DNA of 32,000 nt. It comes from Candidatus Saccharimonadota bacterium (GTDB lineage Bacteria; Patescibacteriota; Saccharimonadia; Saccharimonadales; Saccharimonadaceae). Positions 15,075-24,365 of this stretch are shown here, piece after piece; position 1 is the first letter of the stretch, and each line of letters opens with the position of its first letter. The position numbers and the translations under genes are program-made. The stretch is taken from contig DIRZ01000003.1 in the NCBI GenBank assembly GCA_002421785.1, positions 310,700 to 342,699 of the forward strand, given 5' to 3'. Under the pieces are notes generated by a model, which did not search any database, had not been told where the DNA came from, and saw only the letters and a list, made by a program, of their open reading frames with translations.

Positions 15075-17198
15075 TTATTCAGGCTGCTGAGCGGGTGGTG
15101 GTGTTTGTAGTTTTTTAATCGGAAGTCGAAAACCAAAGGTACTCCCCTTGTCGAGCTTAGATTCAAACACCAGTTTACCGCTATGACCATCAACGACTCG
15201 CTTGGCAAGGTACAGCCCAATCCCTGTACCGTCCGGTCGTTGGCGACGAGCATTTTCGGCACGGAAGAACTTGGTGAACAAATGCTGCTGCACGTCCGCG
15301 GGCACCCCAATACCCTGATCTTTCACTCGTAGCACAGCTTCGCCGTCTTCTACCGCCAGTTTGACGAGGATTTTGGTTCCCTCTGGGGAGTAGTATATGG
15401 CGTTATCAATAAAATTCATGACGACCTGACGCATCTTCCCTTCGTCCAGGTAAAGCTGAGGGAATCGAGCGGGCTTTTTAAAAGCAATCGCGATGTCGTG
15501 CGTATCCGCAATTTGACGAATCCCTTCGACTTCTTGCTGCACAATCGTCGACAGATCAACCAACCGCCTATCGAGCATAAACTTCCCTGTTTGCAGTCGA
15601 GACACGTTCAAGAAGTCGCTTATCAGGTGAACCATGCGCTCACTACTTGTAAATGCTTCTTCAAGCAGTTGCCGCTGCGGCTCGGTAATCTCGCCCGCAT
15701 CGCCTTCTAGAACCATGCTTATATAGCCTTTTACGCTCGTGAGCGGCGTTCGGAGTTGATGACTCGCGATGCTCACGAATTCATCCTTCGTCGCATCCAT
15801 TTCGAGGAGTTTTTTGTTAGATGCTCGCAATTCTCTCGTTGCAGCCCCCACCTCTTTTTCGAGCGTGCCCGCAAAAGCGCGAATTTCTTCCAGCCGATAA
15901 ATGTTCTGGATAGCAATGGACAGCTCATCGCTCACGACACTCATCACATGTTCATCCTCTGTACCATAGGGGCGCCCATCGCGCTCAGGACCAATCACAA
16001 AATAACCCAACTCTTGTGAAGGCGTTTCCAGCCGATACACTTGAGCGCCGCTCGCCGGCGTCTCGCCCCGCTGGGATTGTTCGTACATTCGAGCCACATA
16101 ACTCGGATCAATCACGCGCGCCGACACCCTCCCGTACACTACATTTGAGTGAGCATTATCCTGAAATATCACCGCTACATACCGCGGGTTTAATGTTTCG
16201 GATATTTTGGCAGCAACCGACTCGAGCAACACGTCTAGATCCGTGATTTTAACGCTGAGTCCACTAATTTCATCGATAACCTTCTGGCTATTATAGTGAT
16301 GCCCATAAAAAACACGCCTAGTCGTACGGTCAAAAAAGCGCCGGAGGGAGTTGAAACTAAACGCGATAATCAGCGCGATCCCTACATTAGCCGCAAATGT
16401 TATTTCGTTACTTGCCTTGTCGCCTAGCAGGAGCGATGTCAGTACATAGAGCAACCCCGAATAAAATGCAACGAGAGTGCCGATAAGGAGCAAATAGAAA
16501 GCGGTTTTGGACAAAAACGCTTTAACATTTAGCAGTCGATGACGCGCGATACTATACCCCGACGCCAACAAAAATGCCGACGACGCCACGGGACCAATCC
16601 ATATGTAGCGATAATCTCCGTAATACGGAAGCACAAGGTCAAAAATAAAACCGGGGATACTTGTTGCCACGATACCGAGTGCGTAGTACGACGCACGTAG
16701 TCGTTCGGCGCCACGATACGTGAAATATTTGTAGAAAGTAATCGCGACGGCTGTGGCGAAATAACAAACGAAATATCCGGCAAATAGCCAATACCCCACC
16801 TTATTTACTTGGACTTGCCAGTAACCATCCACGCGCTGCAAGGATTGGATAATGGCCGTATCATTAAGTAGGATCACCAAAGACACAAGAATAGCTAGGG
16901 CGGTCATAGGTACGACGTATACCCTTGCGAGTGGATGGGCGCGTGGATAATGAATCGCAAAAAGGACAAGCAGTGGGGTAAAAATAACCGAACCAGCATA
17001 GTAGATTTTCGCGTACGAGAGCGCATAAAGCGGGTCGCTCGTCATGCTAAACAGTAGAATGCTTAGCGACCATACACCAAAGCAAAAAGCGATGCCAGCA
17101 AAGAGTTGATTCGAGAGCCGTCTGTTGTCACTCAGCCACACCACCAGTGCAAGGGCAAACGATCCCACCAACGTTGCTTGAAGCATAAATTCTATCAT
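15075..17198 (-). CDS. Sensor histidine kinase with a multi-TM N-terminal sensor
   Basis: 707 aa. About 7-8 N-terminal TM helices, a GAF-like middle, a HisKA H-box SHQLRTPLT and HATPase N/G boxes (DNAIYYS, DQGIGV, GTGIGL). Confidence 0.92.
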   Translation of the reverse strand: MIEFMLQATLVGSFALALVVWLSDNRRLSNQLFAGIAFCFGVWSLSILLFSMTSDPLYALSYAKIYYAGSVIFTPLLVLFAIHYPRAHPLARVYVVPMTALAILVSLVILLNDTAIIQSLQRVDGYWQVQVNKVGYWLFAGYFVCYFATAVAITFYKYFTYRGAERLRASYYALGIVATSIPGFIFDLVLPYYGDYRYIWIGPVASSAFLLASGYSIARHRLLNVKAFLSKTAFYLLLIGTLVAFYSGLLYVLTSLLLGDKASNEITFAANVGIALIIAFSFNSLRRFFDRTTRRVFYGHHYNSQKVIDEISGLSVKITDLDVLLESVAAKISETLNPRYVAVIFQDNAHSNVVYGRVSARVIDPSYVARMYEQSQRGETPASGAQVYRLETPSQELGYFVIGPERDGRPYGTEDEHVMSVVSDELSIAIQNIYRLEEIRAFAGTLEKEVGAATRELRASNKKLLEMDATKDEFVSIASHQLRTPLTSVKGYISMVLEGDAGEITEPQRQLLEEAFTSSERMVHLISDFLNVSRLQTGKFMLDRRLVDLSTIVQQEVEGIRQIADTHDIAIAFKKPARFPQLYLDEGKMRQVVMNFIDNAIYYSPEGTKILVKLAVEDGEAVLRVKDQGIGVPADVQQHLFTKFFRAENARRQRPDGTGIGLYLAKRVVDGHSGKLVFESKLDKGSTFGFRLPIKKLQTPPPAQQPE

Positions 17199-17213
17199 TC
17201 TGCCATCATTCTA

Positions 17214-18536
17214 CTATTGTTTCTCGGTGAAGTACATCGTATACACCCCGTCGCGCGTGACACGCATCCGAGTCGCCCGCTGTGGAATGCCCGCCTCACG
17301 GTGAAGCCGAGCGCCCTCAGCTATGGTGCGCATTTGCACTTTCGGCCACCAGCCCATCATGCCATGCAAAAATTCTGCATGGGGTCGATTAATGTTCATG
17401 TTGCCAGTCGTCATCAAACCGCCGGACCGTAAGTTACGCCATGTTTCACGCGTAAGACTACGGTAAATCGCATCCGGCAGATATTCGCGCAGCCCGGAGT
17501 CTTCGGCAATATCAAGCTGACGCCCCTTCAGTATTGACTGAAGCTTTATAGGTGCTCCGAACCTACCAAATAGTCTCTCACAGTGTATTTCGATTGCATC
17601 ACCTACCCCCATGTCTTCAGCTAGGCATGCGGCCGATGCGAGCGCAAGCGGATCCTGGTCGAGCAGAATCAGCCTACCATGAACATCATAATGGGTTTTG
17701 AGGTCTTGAATTACTTCGAGCATTGGCAGCGCAGTCCCGCAACCAAAACTCATCATCAAATACTCACGCCCGCCTGCCCCGTGCATTGTATCGACAAGAT
17801 GGTGACGGATCGCCTGGTGCACTTCGGCCTTGCGACTACGAATACCTAGCGCATCAGCGCTGTACTGAACGACATCTTTAAATACGGGCGATACGGGCGA
17901 GAGAACGAATTCTTCCATTTTCTTTAATCGCATCGAAGCTCGTTGCTTCGCCTTTACCTCGGCGTGCCCGCCATGTCGTTTCTCTGCATCAATAAGGGCT
18001 TCTTCTATGTTCACTCCGGCAAGCCGTGGCGCATTCTGCCCGAAAGTATAGTCCAATACCCGTGTGTCCAGGGGGCCGCTCATGGTCGCATACCGACCCG
18101 TCATCAGATTTTGATCGACCTGCAGATCATGAGCACTGACTATCGAAAGTAACGCAGCCGCCCTGCCCCGCTGTTCGTGCCAAGCAATTGCCCGGTTTGG
18201 ACCAAATAGGCGCCGCACGCGTAACGGCTCCAGCGCGATATCGATTGCCTTTTCGCGCCGATAATCACGCTTCAAAGGGTTCAACCCCAGCCGTCCAAGC
18301 CCTTGGATAATCACCTGTTTTCGATCTTGTTCCAGTCTTATGTCGTGCTCGTGGAGAAATTCATACACCTGTGAAATCTTACTGGGGTGGTCGTATGCTT
18401 GGTCAAAAGTATCGCCTATGGTCACTTCATAGCCATCGTGACGCGCATCATCAACTTCATCATAAATACGCCAGCTTGCGGCTGTGTCTATATCGAGTAG
18501 GGGCATATTATGCGCCCGTTTTAGTTCTTCGTGCAT
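17214..18536 (-). CDS. Class I SAM-dependent methyltransferase-like protein with an unknown N-terminal domain of about 230 aa
   Basis: 440 aa. Motif I-like MMSFGCGTALP followed by an acidic post-I LILLDQD. It sits directly upstream of the kinase on the same strand. Confidence 0.65.
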   Translation of the reverse strand: MHEELKRAHNMPLLDIDTAASWRIYDEVDDARHDGYEVTIGDTFDQAYDHPSKISQVYEFLHEHDIRLEQDRKQVIIQGLGRLGLNPLKRDYRREKAIDIALEPLRVRRLFGPNRAIAWHEQRGRAAALLSIVSAHDLQVDQNLMTGRYATMSGPLDTRVLDYTFGQNAPRLAGVNIEEALIDAEKRHGGHAEVKAKQRASMRLKKMEEFVLSPVSPVFKDVVQYSADALGIRSRKAEVHQAIRHHLVDTMHGAGGREYLMMSFGCGTALPMLEVIQDLKTHYDVHGRLILLDQDPLALASAACLAEDMGVGDAIEIHCERLFGRFGAPIKLQSILKGRQLDIAEDSGLREYLPDAIYRSLTRETWRNLRSGGLMTTGNMNINRPHAEFLHGMMGWWPKVQMRTIAEGARLHREAGIPQRATRMRVTRDGVYTMYFTEKQ

Positions 18537-18550
18537 TAAAAGGCTTCATG

Positions 18551-18579
18551 TTGCAGTTGTTGTTTGTTACCAGTATACT
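18551..18579 (+). promoter_or_regulatory. Candidate promoter giving a leaderless receiver mRNA
   Basis: TTGCAG (18551-18556), a 17-nt spacer and TATACT (18574-18579). Only 6 nt separate the -10 from the ATG at 18586, and there is no SD. Confidence 0.4.
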
Positions 18580-18585
18580 GTAACC

Positions 18586-18960
18586 ATGACTAAAATAGCC
18601 ATCATTGAAGATGACCAAGTAATAAACCAGATGTACCGCATGAAGTTTGAAGCGGCTGGTTTTAGCGTCGCAACAGCAAGCGATGGCGAATCGGGCGTAA
18701 AGATGGCGGAAAAGTTTAAACCGAACATTATTTTGCTCGATCTACAAATGCCGCATATGAATGGCGCTGAGGCGCTTGAAATCATTCGTAAGTCAAGTTG
18801 GGGCAGCAGAACTCCTGTCATTATCCTCACAAACCTCGGCGAAGAAGAAGCACCAAAAACTCTCCGTGCCCTGGGAATTCATAGCTACATCGTGAAAGCC
18901 GAACTGACGCCAAGCCAAGTCGTTGCCCGCGTCCAAGAAGCGCTGGAACCTACAGCCTAG
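18586..18960 (+). CDS. Stand-alone response-regulator receiver (CheY-like)
   Basis: The start is trimmed from the track's 18484 to MTKIAIIEDD. Acidic pocket EDD, phospho-acceptor ILLDLQMP, TNLG and a conserved K (VKA). There is no output domain. Confidence 0.9.
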   Translation: MTKIAIIEDDQVINQMYRMKFEAAGFSVATASDGESGVKMAEKFKPNIILLDLQMPHMNGAEALEIIRKSSWGSRTPVIILTNLGEEEAPKTLRALGIHSYIVKAELTPSQVVARVQEALEPTA

Positions 18961-19776
18961 CTATAATTGCCCGGCATTTTTTAGTGCCGATTGAATCACG
19001 TGATCAAACAGTAGCGTATACGTCAACGGGCCAACGCCACCTTTTGCGGGCGTTATCGTCACGTCATCACGTTCGCGAAGTCTCTCATCAGCGTCCCCTA
19101 CAATCGTGCCACCTTCGCTCGCCGTACCCGCATCAACAACGATCGCGCCCGGTTTTACCCATTCGGCCTTGAGTATTCTTGGCACACCCGTTGCCGACAC
19201 TATGACGTCACTTCGCTGTAACGTTTCTGCCACCCGGTCGCTATGCTCATCAAGAACCGTTACCTGCAGTCCACGGGATTTCCATAACTTCGCGAGCGGA
19301 GCGCCCACCAACTTACCGTGGCCTAGTAGGACAATATGCTTATCGCGCAGTTCGACATTGTAACCCGTAAGCAACCAGTCAATCGCTTCGGCCGTCGCGC
19401 TCGCATACGCGGCAGTCGCACCCAATCCATCAACATCCTTGGCAGGTGCAATGAGATTACATATTTCATCAGTCTGCTCAGGATTATCAAGTGGCAATTG
19501 CACAATCACACCATGAACCAGGGCATCAGCGTTTGCGCGTTTGATTACCTGCGGTATCTCACTTTGTGTCACTATGACAATATCTACGTCAATCAATATA
19601 TCGGCCGCGTAGCGTTGCTTCATGCGCACATAGGTGTGGATTACGTCGGACGCATGCTCGCTCATAACTATCAGAAGCTTTGGGATGATGCGAAATTGCT
19701 GCCGCAAATTACGCACTTGTTTCGCCTGCCGCTCCTTAATAAATCCTTGTAGCTCGAGGCCGTTAAGTTCTCGCAT
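18961..19776 (-). CDS. folD: Bifunctional methylenetetrahydrofolate dehydrogenase/cyclohydrolase
   Basis: 271 aa. YVRMKQR, VQLPLP-like (VQLPLD), DVDG, GHGKLVG(A)PLA and PGGVGPLT-like (KGGVGPLT) motifs. Confidence 0.93.
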   Translation of the reverse strand: MRELNGLELQGFIKERQAKQVRNLRQQFRIIPKLLIVMSEHASDVIHTYVRMKQRYAADILIDVDIVIVTQSEIPQVIKRANADALVHGVIVQLPLDNPEQTDEICNLIAPAKDVDGLGATAAYASATAEAIDWLLTGYNVELRDKHIVLLGHGKLVGAPLAKLWKSRGLQVTVLDEHSDRVAETLQRSDVIVSATGVPRILKAEWVKPGAIVVDAGTASEGGTIVGDADERLRERDDVTITPAKGGVGPLTYTLLFDHVIQSALKNAGQL

Positions 19777-21347
19777 TAGACTATTCGATCCTTTCTATCA
19801 TCAATAAATGATCCCCACTGGCGAATAAGCCGCAGCACGGTTTTGAGTGGAAGTTCAATAAGCATATCAAGCACAATTGTCACTACGTTCACCTGGCTGT
19901 ACTTGTCGCTCATCCATTGCCCTACAATGACAAATGGCAAGTATACGATGTCACGGACAAACGTCAGTCCATTACTGCTGCTCCGAACGATTTCCAGCTC
20001 ACGAATCAGCCTGCTAAGGCGGAACCCAAGGAAGCTAGCTGCCGAAATAAACACGAAGAAAATAGCAATATGTACCAGTGAGAAACCAAGCATCAGGAGG
20101 AGCGCCATCACTCCCGCGAATACGATGACACTAAGGAGTGCATAGACAACAGAAAATACTGGCCCATAACGGCGACCGTTCAGTTGCTTGCGAACAAGCA
20201 TCGTGCGTTCGCCGTACAGCATGCTGTCCACCCTATCGACAAGCGCAGTGGTATTGGCGTAGCCAGGCAGCGTATGCGTAAGCCGCAGCGCAATCATGTA
20301 TAGCGGAGGGAACGCAAGGTTAATGAGAAGCGGCTGCCATACAATTTCGCCGTGTGCCCACAAATCATACGGCACTTCTACGGCAATGCCGATCAAGAAC
20401 TTGGTAATAATCAGGAATACGACGCTTCGCACAATCGCACGATTAATGCGCTGGCCAATTGCCATGTACTCTTTATTCACCTGTTGTTCAAAAGCTTCCA
20501 GGAATGATTCGCGCTTGGGCAGCAGTTCAGTTATGTCATCGCGCGATTCAAGCATATGACGAATCACACGCAGCGGTGCTCCCTGTCGGTCGACAACGTG
20601 ATACAGCTTGTCGGTGAATGGAAGCTTCAGTAGTACATCGATATGCTTGTTCAGAGCAATATAGGCGTCAAGGTTTGAAACGTCCGTACTATACCTTGCG
20701 AGCAGGCTCGCCCGTATCACAGCAGTATTCGACTTGAGGAGTGCTTTGTGAATCCCTGCAAAAAGTGCAGCGCCGTATTCTTCCTTCTGCGCATCATCGG
20801 TAGCAATTTCGCTGGCAGGAATGAGTGTTTCATAGTAGCGATATGCCACATCAATGAATGCACTTTCACGACGATGGCTATTGATAGATGCTTCCACGGC
20901 AACAGACAGCGTATCGAGAATCCAATCGAGTGATTTGTCGAGCCCCGGCGCGCGACGCGCGAGTAGTGACTCATAGGCATCGTAGTGGGCGGAAGCAAGC
21001 CGTGAAATTGCGTCAACCTGTTCCTTCGTCAAGCTATCATTAGCGACGTAGCCAGCAAATGTCAGCTCTACCGCAAGTTCGTTGCCACTTGTGCGCACCA
21101 GGCTTTCGTCACGTGCGATAAACAATTGCTTGTAAAACCTGCGAATGGCATTTTGCAACAGCAAGTGCTCTTCGGTGTTCTCGGCAGCGTTGCGAAGCTG
21201 CTCATAGGCGGCCGTCAGGGCACCGCCCGCGCCAACCACATTAACTTTTGTCGCACGCGAAACAGCCTGTCGATCAGCGTCATCGGCATTATTTGCATGC
21301 ATGAGCCCCTGGACGAGCTGCTGTCCTGTCTGATTTAGTGGTGTCAT
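19776..21347 (-). CDS. Hypothetical membrane protein (soluble N-terminal region of about 300 aa, 4-5 C-terminal TM helices)
   Basis: 523 aa. Its stop overlaps the folD start. No family recognised. Confidence 0.75.
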   Translation of the reverse strand: MTPLNQTGQQLVQGLMHANNADDADRQAVSRATKVNVVGAGGALTAAYEQLRNAAENTEEHLLLQNAIRRFYKQLFIARDESLVRTSGNELAVELTFAGYVANDSLTKEQVDAISRLASAHYDAYESLLARRAPGLDKSLDWILDTLSVAVEASINSHRRESAFIDVAYRYYETLIPASEIATDDAQKEEYGAALFAGIHKALLKSNTAVIRASLLARYSTDVSNLDAYIALNKHIDVLLKLPFTDKLYHVVDRQGAPLRVIRHMLESRDDITELLPKRESFLEAFEQQVNKEYMAIGQRINRAIVRSVVFLIITKFLIGIAVEVPYDLWAHGEIVWQPLLINLAFPPLYMIALRLTHTLPGYANTTALVDRVDSMLYGERTMLVRKQLNGRRYGPVFSVVYALLSVIVFAGVMALLLMLGFSLVHIAIFFVFISAASFLGFRLSRLIRELEIVRSSSNGLTFVRDIVYLPFVIVGQWMSDKYSQVNVVTIVLDMLIELPLKTVLRLIRQWGSFIDDRKDRIV

Positions 21348-21466
21348 TACTACTGCTTATTATATAACATTTATGCCACTGCTAACACCCGGGATTTGTG
21401 AACTATTTCGCACATCCTAAATGTAACTTCGTTATAATATACGTAGCGACACGCAGGAGAATTACC

Positions 21467-22063
21467 ATGAAAACACCCACACTATCCGCCCTCTGCCTTA
21501 CACTACTACTCGGAACCGTACCGATTGCTTATTCGTCTGGAACAGCCGTTGCGCTTTCGGACAAAGCCGTCCAGGTGCGCGCCGATCAAGCTGTGGAGCG
21601 TTCACGTAACCCCATGAGCGAAACGGTTCGCAGTCAGCGCGCGTCGACAGTACTCGCAGAAAAAGAAGAGCGCTTCACGGACAAGAAGCTCCAACGATGC
21701 AATAAGAGCCAAGACGGGATCAAGCTTCGCATGCAACAAATTAGCAATCGAGGCGTTAAGCAGCTCGAGGTGTTCAGAAAAATAGCAGACAGGACCAAAG
21801 CCTTCTACGAAACGAAGGGCTATTCGGTTGAGCGATACCCTGCACTTGCAGCCGAAGTTGACCTGCAGTACGAACAGTCAGTTGCTTCGCTACGCGCTAC
21901 TCAATCTTCCCAAAACGAGTGGAGCTGTGACAGCAGCAATCCCTTGCGCGCGATGAGTGGTTTTAGCGACGCAAAGAAGAACGAAATCGCCGCCCTGCGA
22001 GCGTACAAGGACAAAGTTCGCGAGCTGATTCTTCTGGTAAAGCAAGCGGGAGGGACGCAGTAA
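21467..22063 (+). CDS. Secreted hypothetical protein, helical and charged
   Basis: The start is trimmed to MKTPTLSALCLTLLLG (signal peptide) with AGGAGA at 21455-21460 and TATAAT at 21433-21438. The track start at 21398 is GTG/TTG-type and lacks an RBS. Confidence 0.75.
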   Translation: MKTPTLSALCLTLLLGTVPIAYSSGTAVALSDKAVQVRADQAVERSRNPMSETVRSQRASTVLAEKEERFTDKKLQRCNKSQDGIKLRMQQISNRGVKQLEVFRKIADRTKAFYETKGYSVERYPALAAEVDLQYEQSVASLRATQSSQNEWSCDSSNPLRAMSGFSDAKKNEIAALRAYKDKVRELILLVKQAGGTQ

Positions 22064-22350
22064 TGAAACGCGTTATTCGTCGCTACCGATCTATCACTGG
22101 ACTAGTTGCAATCATGTTCATCGTGCTCGTCAGCGCACTCGGGTATACATATGTGCTCAATTACAAGGCGTATGTAGCCTCCGCACCTGCGCAACAATCA
22201 CAAACTATTGCCGCCGAAAACACCGAGGTGCCCGAAATTAACGAAACAAATGATCTTGACGCTGCGCTTGCCACGCTTGACGCTGCAAGTGTCGATAGCC
22301 TGAGCGAAGCCGATTTGCAGTCACTTGAAAACGACTTAAATAGCCTGTAG
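22063..22350 (+). CDS. Small N-terminally anchored acidic protein
   Basis: 95 aa. The ATG overlaps the upstream stop (TAATG). One TM helix (LVAIMFIVLVSALGYTYVL). Confidence 0.65.
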   Translation: MKRVIRRYRSITGLVAIMFIVLVSALGYTYVLNYKAYVASAPAQQSQTIAAENTEVPEINETNDLDAALATLDAASVDSLSEADLQSLENDLNSL

Positions 22351-22390
22351 GTTGACATATCCGCCCCTGTTTGCTACACTAGGCCGAGTT

Positions 22391-22410
22391 ATGGGCCAGT
22401 AGCTCAGCTG
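22391..22410 (+). repeat. Exact 20-nt copy of the 5' end of tRNA-Lys (with 2 upstream nt)
   Basis: ATGGGCCAGTAGCTCAGCTG occurs at 22391-22410 and again at 22513-22532. The upstream copy does not continue into a tRNA fold. Confidence 0.85.
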
Positions 22411-22514
22411 CTGTCCGAGGCGCCTACGCCGAGTAAAGTTATCAAGCACCAGATGCTCTAACCTTAGCGGATATTGCGCTTTCGCAAATGCTTGCGCATA
22501 ATAGACATGAGAAT

Positions 22515-22591
22515 GGGCCAGTAGCTCAGCTGGTTAGAGCACCTGCCTCTTAAGCAGGGTGTCGTGGGTTCAAGCCCCACCTGGCCCTCCA
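22515..22591 (+). tRNA. tRNA-Lys (anticodon CUU), CCA encoded
   Basis: A 77-nt cloverleaf folded by hand: acceptor GGGCCAG/CTGGCCC, D arm GCTC/GAGC, anticodon stem CCTGC/GCAGG with loop CTCTTAA, and T arm GTGGG-TTCAAGC-CCCAC. Confidence 0.92.
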
Positions 22592-22604
22592 AATTGATTC
22601 ATAT

Positions 22605-22644
22605 TATACAAAGTAGCCTCGAAATATCGAGGCTACTTTGTATA
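22605..22644. repeat. Perfect 18-bp inverted repeat (4-nt loop) just 3' of tRNA-Lys
   Basis: TATACAAAGTAGCCTCGA-aata-TCGAGGCTACTTTGTATA. There is no clear U-tract on either side. Confidence 0.6.
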
Positions 22645-22738
22645 TGGGTTAGATTGCATAACACGCCGATAAATGGTTGTTCTTATTTGTATCCATGCAT
22701 ATACTATAGGCATAATCACAATAGGAGATATCGGTAGC

Positions 22739-24109
22739 ATGTTCAGAAAACTAATAACACTCATGGCTGTGAGCATTGTCGCAGCAACCAGTGCCATCCC
22801 TGCATCCGCAGCATCACTCTTGAACGGCCAAGAACACTACTATACCGTACAGTTTCGTAGTGACAGCAAGGCAACAGTTTATGCAAAACTCGCGTTTCAG
22901 AACGGCCAGTCCGACAAAGACCGTGACACCTATACCTTCAGCTTGCCGTCAGGTGTGAGCGCGGACTCGTTGAGCGTTCAACAAATTATTGCTAAAAAAA
23001 CCGAAGTTAGCACCTGTAATCCCAAAATAGTAATCGGCTCGTCAACCGCAACCCAAAACTGTCCCGTAACAACAACCGGATATGATGATGACTTTGATTT
23101 CTTCTCTAATAACAACAACTACGGCTACTATTACGACTATTACTACCCCGAATCCCGCTACGACGATAAATATGAATATACCGATGTCACGCCCAGCGTA
23201 AATGGGCAGACCTACACCGTCAAACTCCCCCGCGCCATTAAGCCCCACAAGCAAGGTGCCGTGCTCGTTACTTTTGTTTCCACGAATTACGTTACAAGCG
23301 CGTTTGGAGGCCGATTTAACTACGACTTCCGCACGCTCATGACCGACGAAATGATCGATGACGCGTCCGTTGCCATTAATTTTGACGAAGAGCTGTACTC
23401 GCGTGATGTCGACCAAAAGCGCACATCAGGCGTAACAGCCGCTAACAGCATCAAATCCGGAGCTGATATGAGTGCGTCGTACGAAAGCAAACGTATTGAT
23501 TCGCTCATCCCAACCATTGGCAACGGTGGTGAATACAATCGTACACAGACAAAAATGCTACCGGGTGACGTGCTCAGCGTAAAGGGAACCTATGCGACAA
23601 ACCCAACGCTACTCTTCCTCAATGAGATTCTCGTGGGGATAGCTATCACGGTAGCTGCCGCTGCCGCGCTATGGTTTGGTTTTAAGCACTATCGAAAGAC
23701 TCATCCACGCAAGTCGCATAGCGATACGAGCGCCGCTATCCATCCTAAATATAATGATGACGCCGAAACTGCATCAATCAAGCACCTGCTGGCGGTAAGT
23801 GGCGCCAGCACGCTCGCCACAGTTGTTGCACTCCTCGTGCTTACCGGGCTCGTAGCGATAGCGAACAATGGTTCTAGCGACCTTATCCCTTACATCCTCA
23901 GCTTGTTCACAATCGTGGTTGTCGGCACTACCGCTGTATTCGCACCAATTGCCTATGTGTTACGCTTCGGCGTACGAAGCTTGCTGCGCTGGCTGCTCAT
24001 TAATGCAGCGCTAATCGCCATACTCTGCTTCGTCGCCATCGGCGTCACGTCTATCGACTCTGGCTACTCCGATCCATACTATGGATCAAGCGAATGCATC
24101 ACCTGCTAG
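22739..24109 (+). CDS. Hypothetical exported/membrane protein (signal peptide, extracellular domain of about 300 aa, C-terminal multi-TM block)
   Basis: The start is trimmed to MFRKLITLMAVSIVAATSAIPASA with AGGAGA at 22723-22728. It has an aromatic/acidic patch DDDFDFFSNNNNYGYYYDYYYPESRYDDKYEY, 4-5 C-terminal TM helices, and ends in ...SSECITC. Confidence 0.8.
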   Translation: MFRKLITLMAVSIVAATSAIPASAASLLNGQEHYYTVQFRSDSKATVYAKLAFQNGQSDKDRDTYTFSLPSGVSADSLSVQQIIAKKTEVSTCNPKIVIGSSTATQNCPVTTTGYDDDFDFFSNNNNYGYYYDYYYPESRYDDKYEYTDVTPSVNGQTYTVKLPRAIKPHKQGAVLVTFVSTNYVTSAFGGRFNYDFRTLMTDEMIDDASVAINFDEELYSRDVDQKRTSGVTAANSIKSGADMSASYESKRIDSLIPTIGNGGEYNRTQTKMLPGDVLSVKGTYATNPTLLFLNEILVGIAITVAAAAALWFGFKHYRKTHPRKSHSDTSAAIHPKYNDDAETASIKHLLAVSGASTLATVVALLVLTGLVAIANNGSSDLIPYILSLFTIVVVGTTAVFAPIAYVLRFGVRSLLRWLLINAALIAILCFVAIGVTSIDSGYSDPYYGSSECITC

Positions 24110-24124
24110 GTAGTCTTGAAGTTT

Positions 24125-24163
24125 ATAGAAAAATGACTAGCGCTAGGCTAGTCATTTTTCTAT
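24125..24163. terminator. Strong bidirectional hairpin
   Basis: TAGAAAAATGACTAGC-gctag-GCTAGTCATTTTTCTA, a 16-bp perfect stem with internal A/T runs. Confidence 0.65.
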
Positions 24164-24204
24164 GGTACACAGTAGTAAGAGAAGTCCAAAACATAATTAA
24201 CAGT
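24163..24204 (+). repeat. 42-nt intergenic direct repeat, copy A
   Basis: TGGTACACAGTAGTAAGAGAAGTCCAAAACATAATTAACAGT. 33 of 42 positions match copy B in an ungapped hand alignment. Confidence 0.75.
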
Positions 24205-24365
24205 GGCTATACGCCCGATGAGCAGTTATGATAAGCATCTTGTTCAGCTCTATGGTTCGAACTTTTGTTTGATCAATTAAACTATTGACAAATGTATTTA
24301 TATGTGATAGTATTTAATCACTAAAGCTGTAATTACAGCATAACTCTTAAACAAATAGGAGGCTC

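Noticed and set aside
19776-21347. The 523-aa membrane protein as a member of the so-called site-specific recombinase (PF10136-like) membrane family
   Set aside because: This rests only on a vague memory of similar length and topology. I cannot point to any diagnostic motif, so it stays hypothetical.
22393-22591. The upstream tRNA-Lys fragment plus 102 nt read as an intron-containing or split tRNA
   Set aside because: The downstream copy is a complete, uninterrupted 77-nt cloverleaf. The fragment ends inside the D-loop, not at an anticodon-loop intron position. I could not fold a tRNA from the spacer on either strand.
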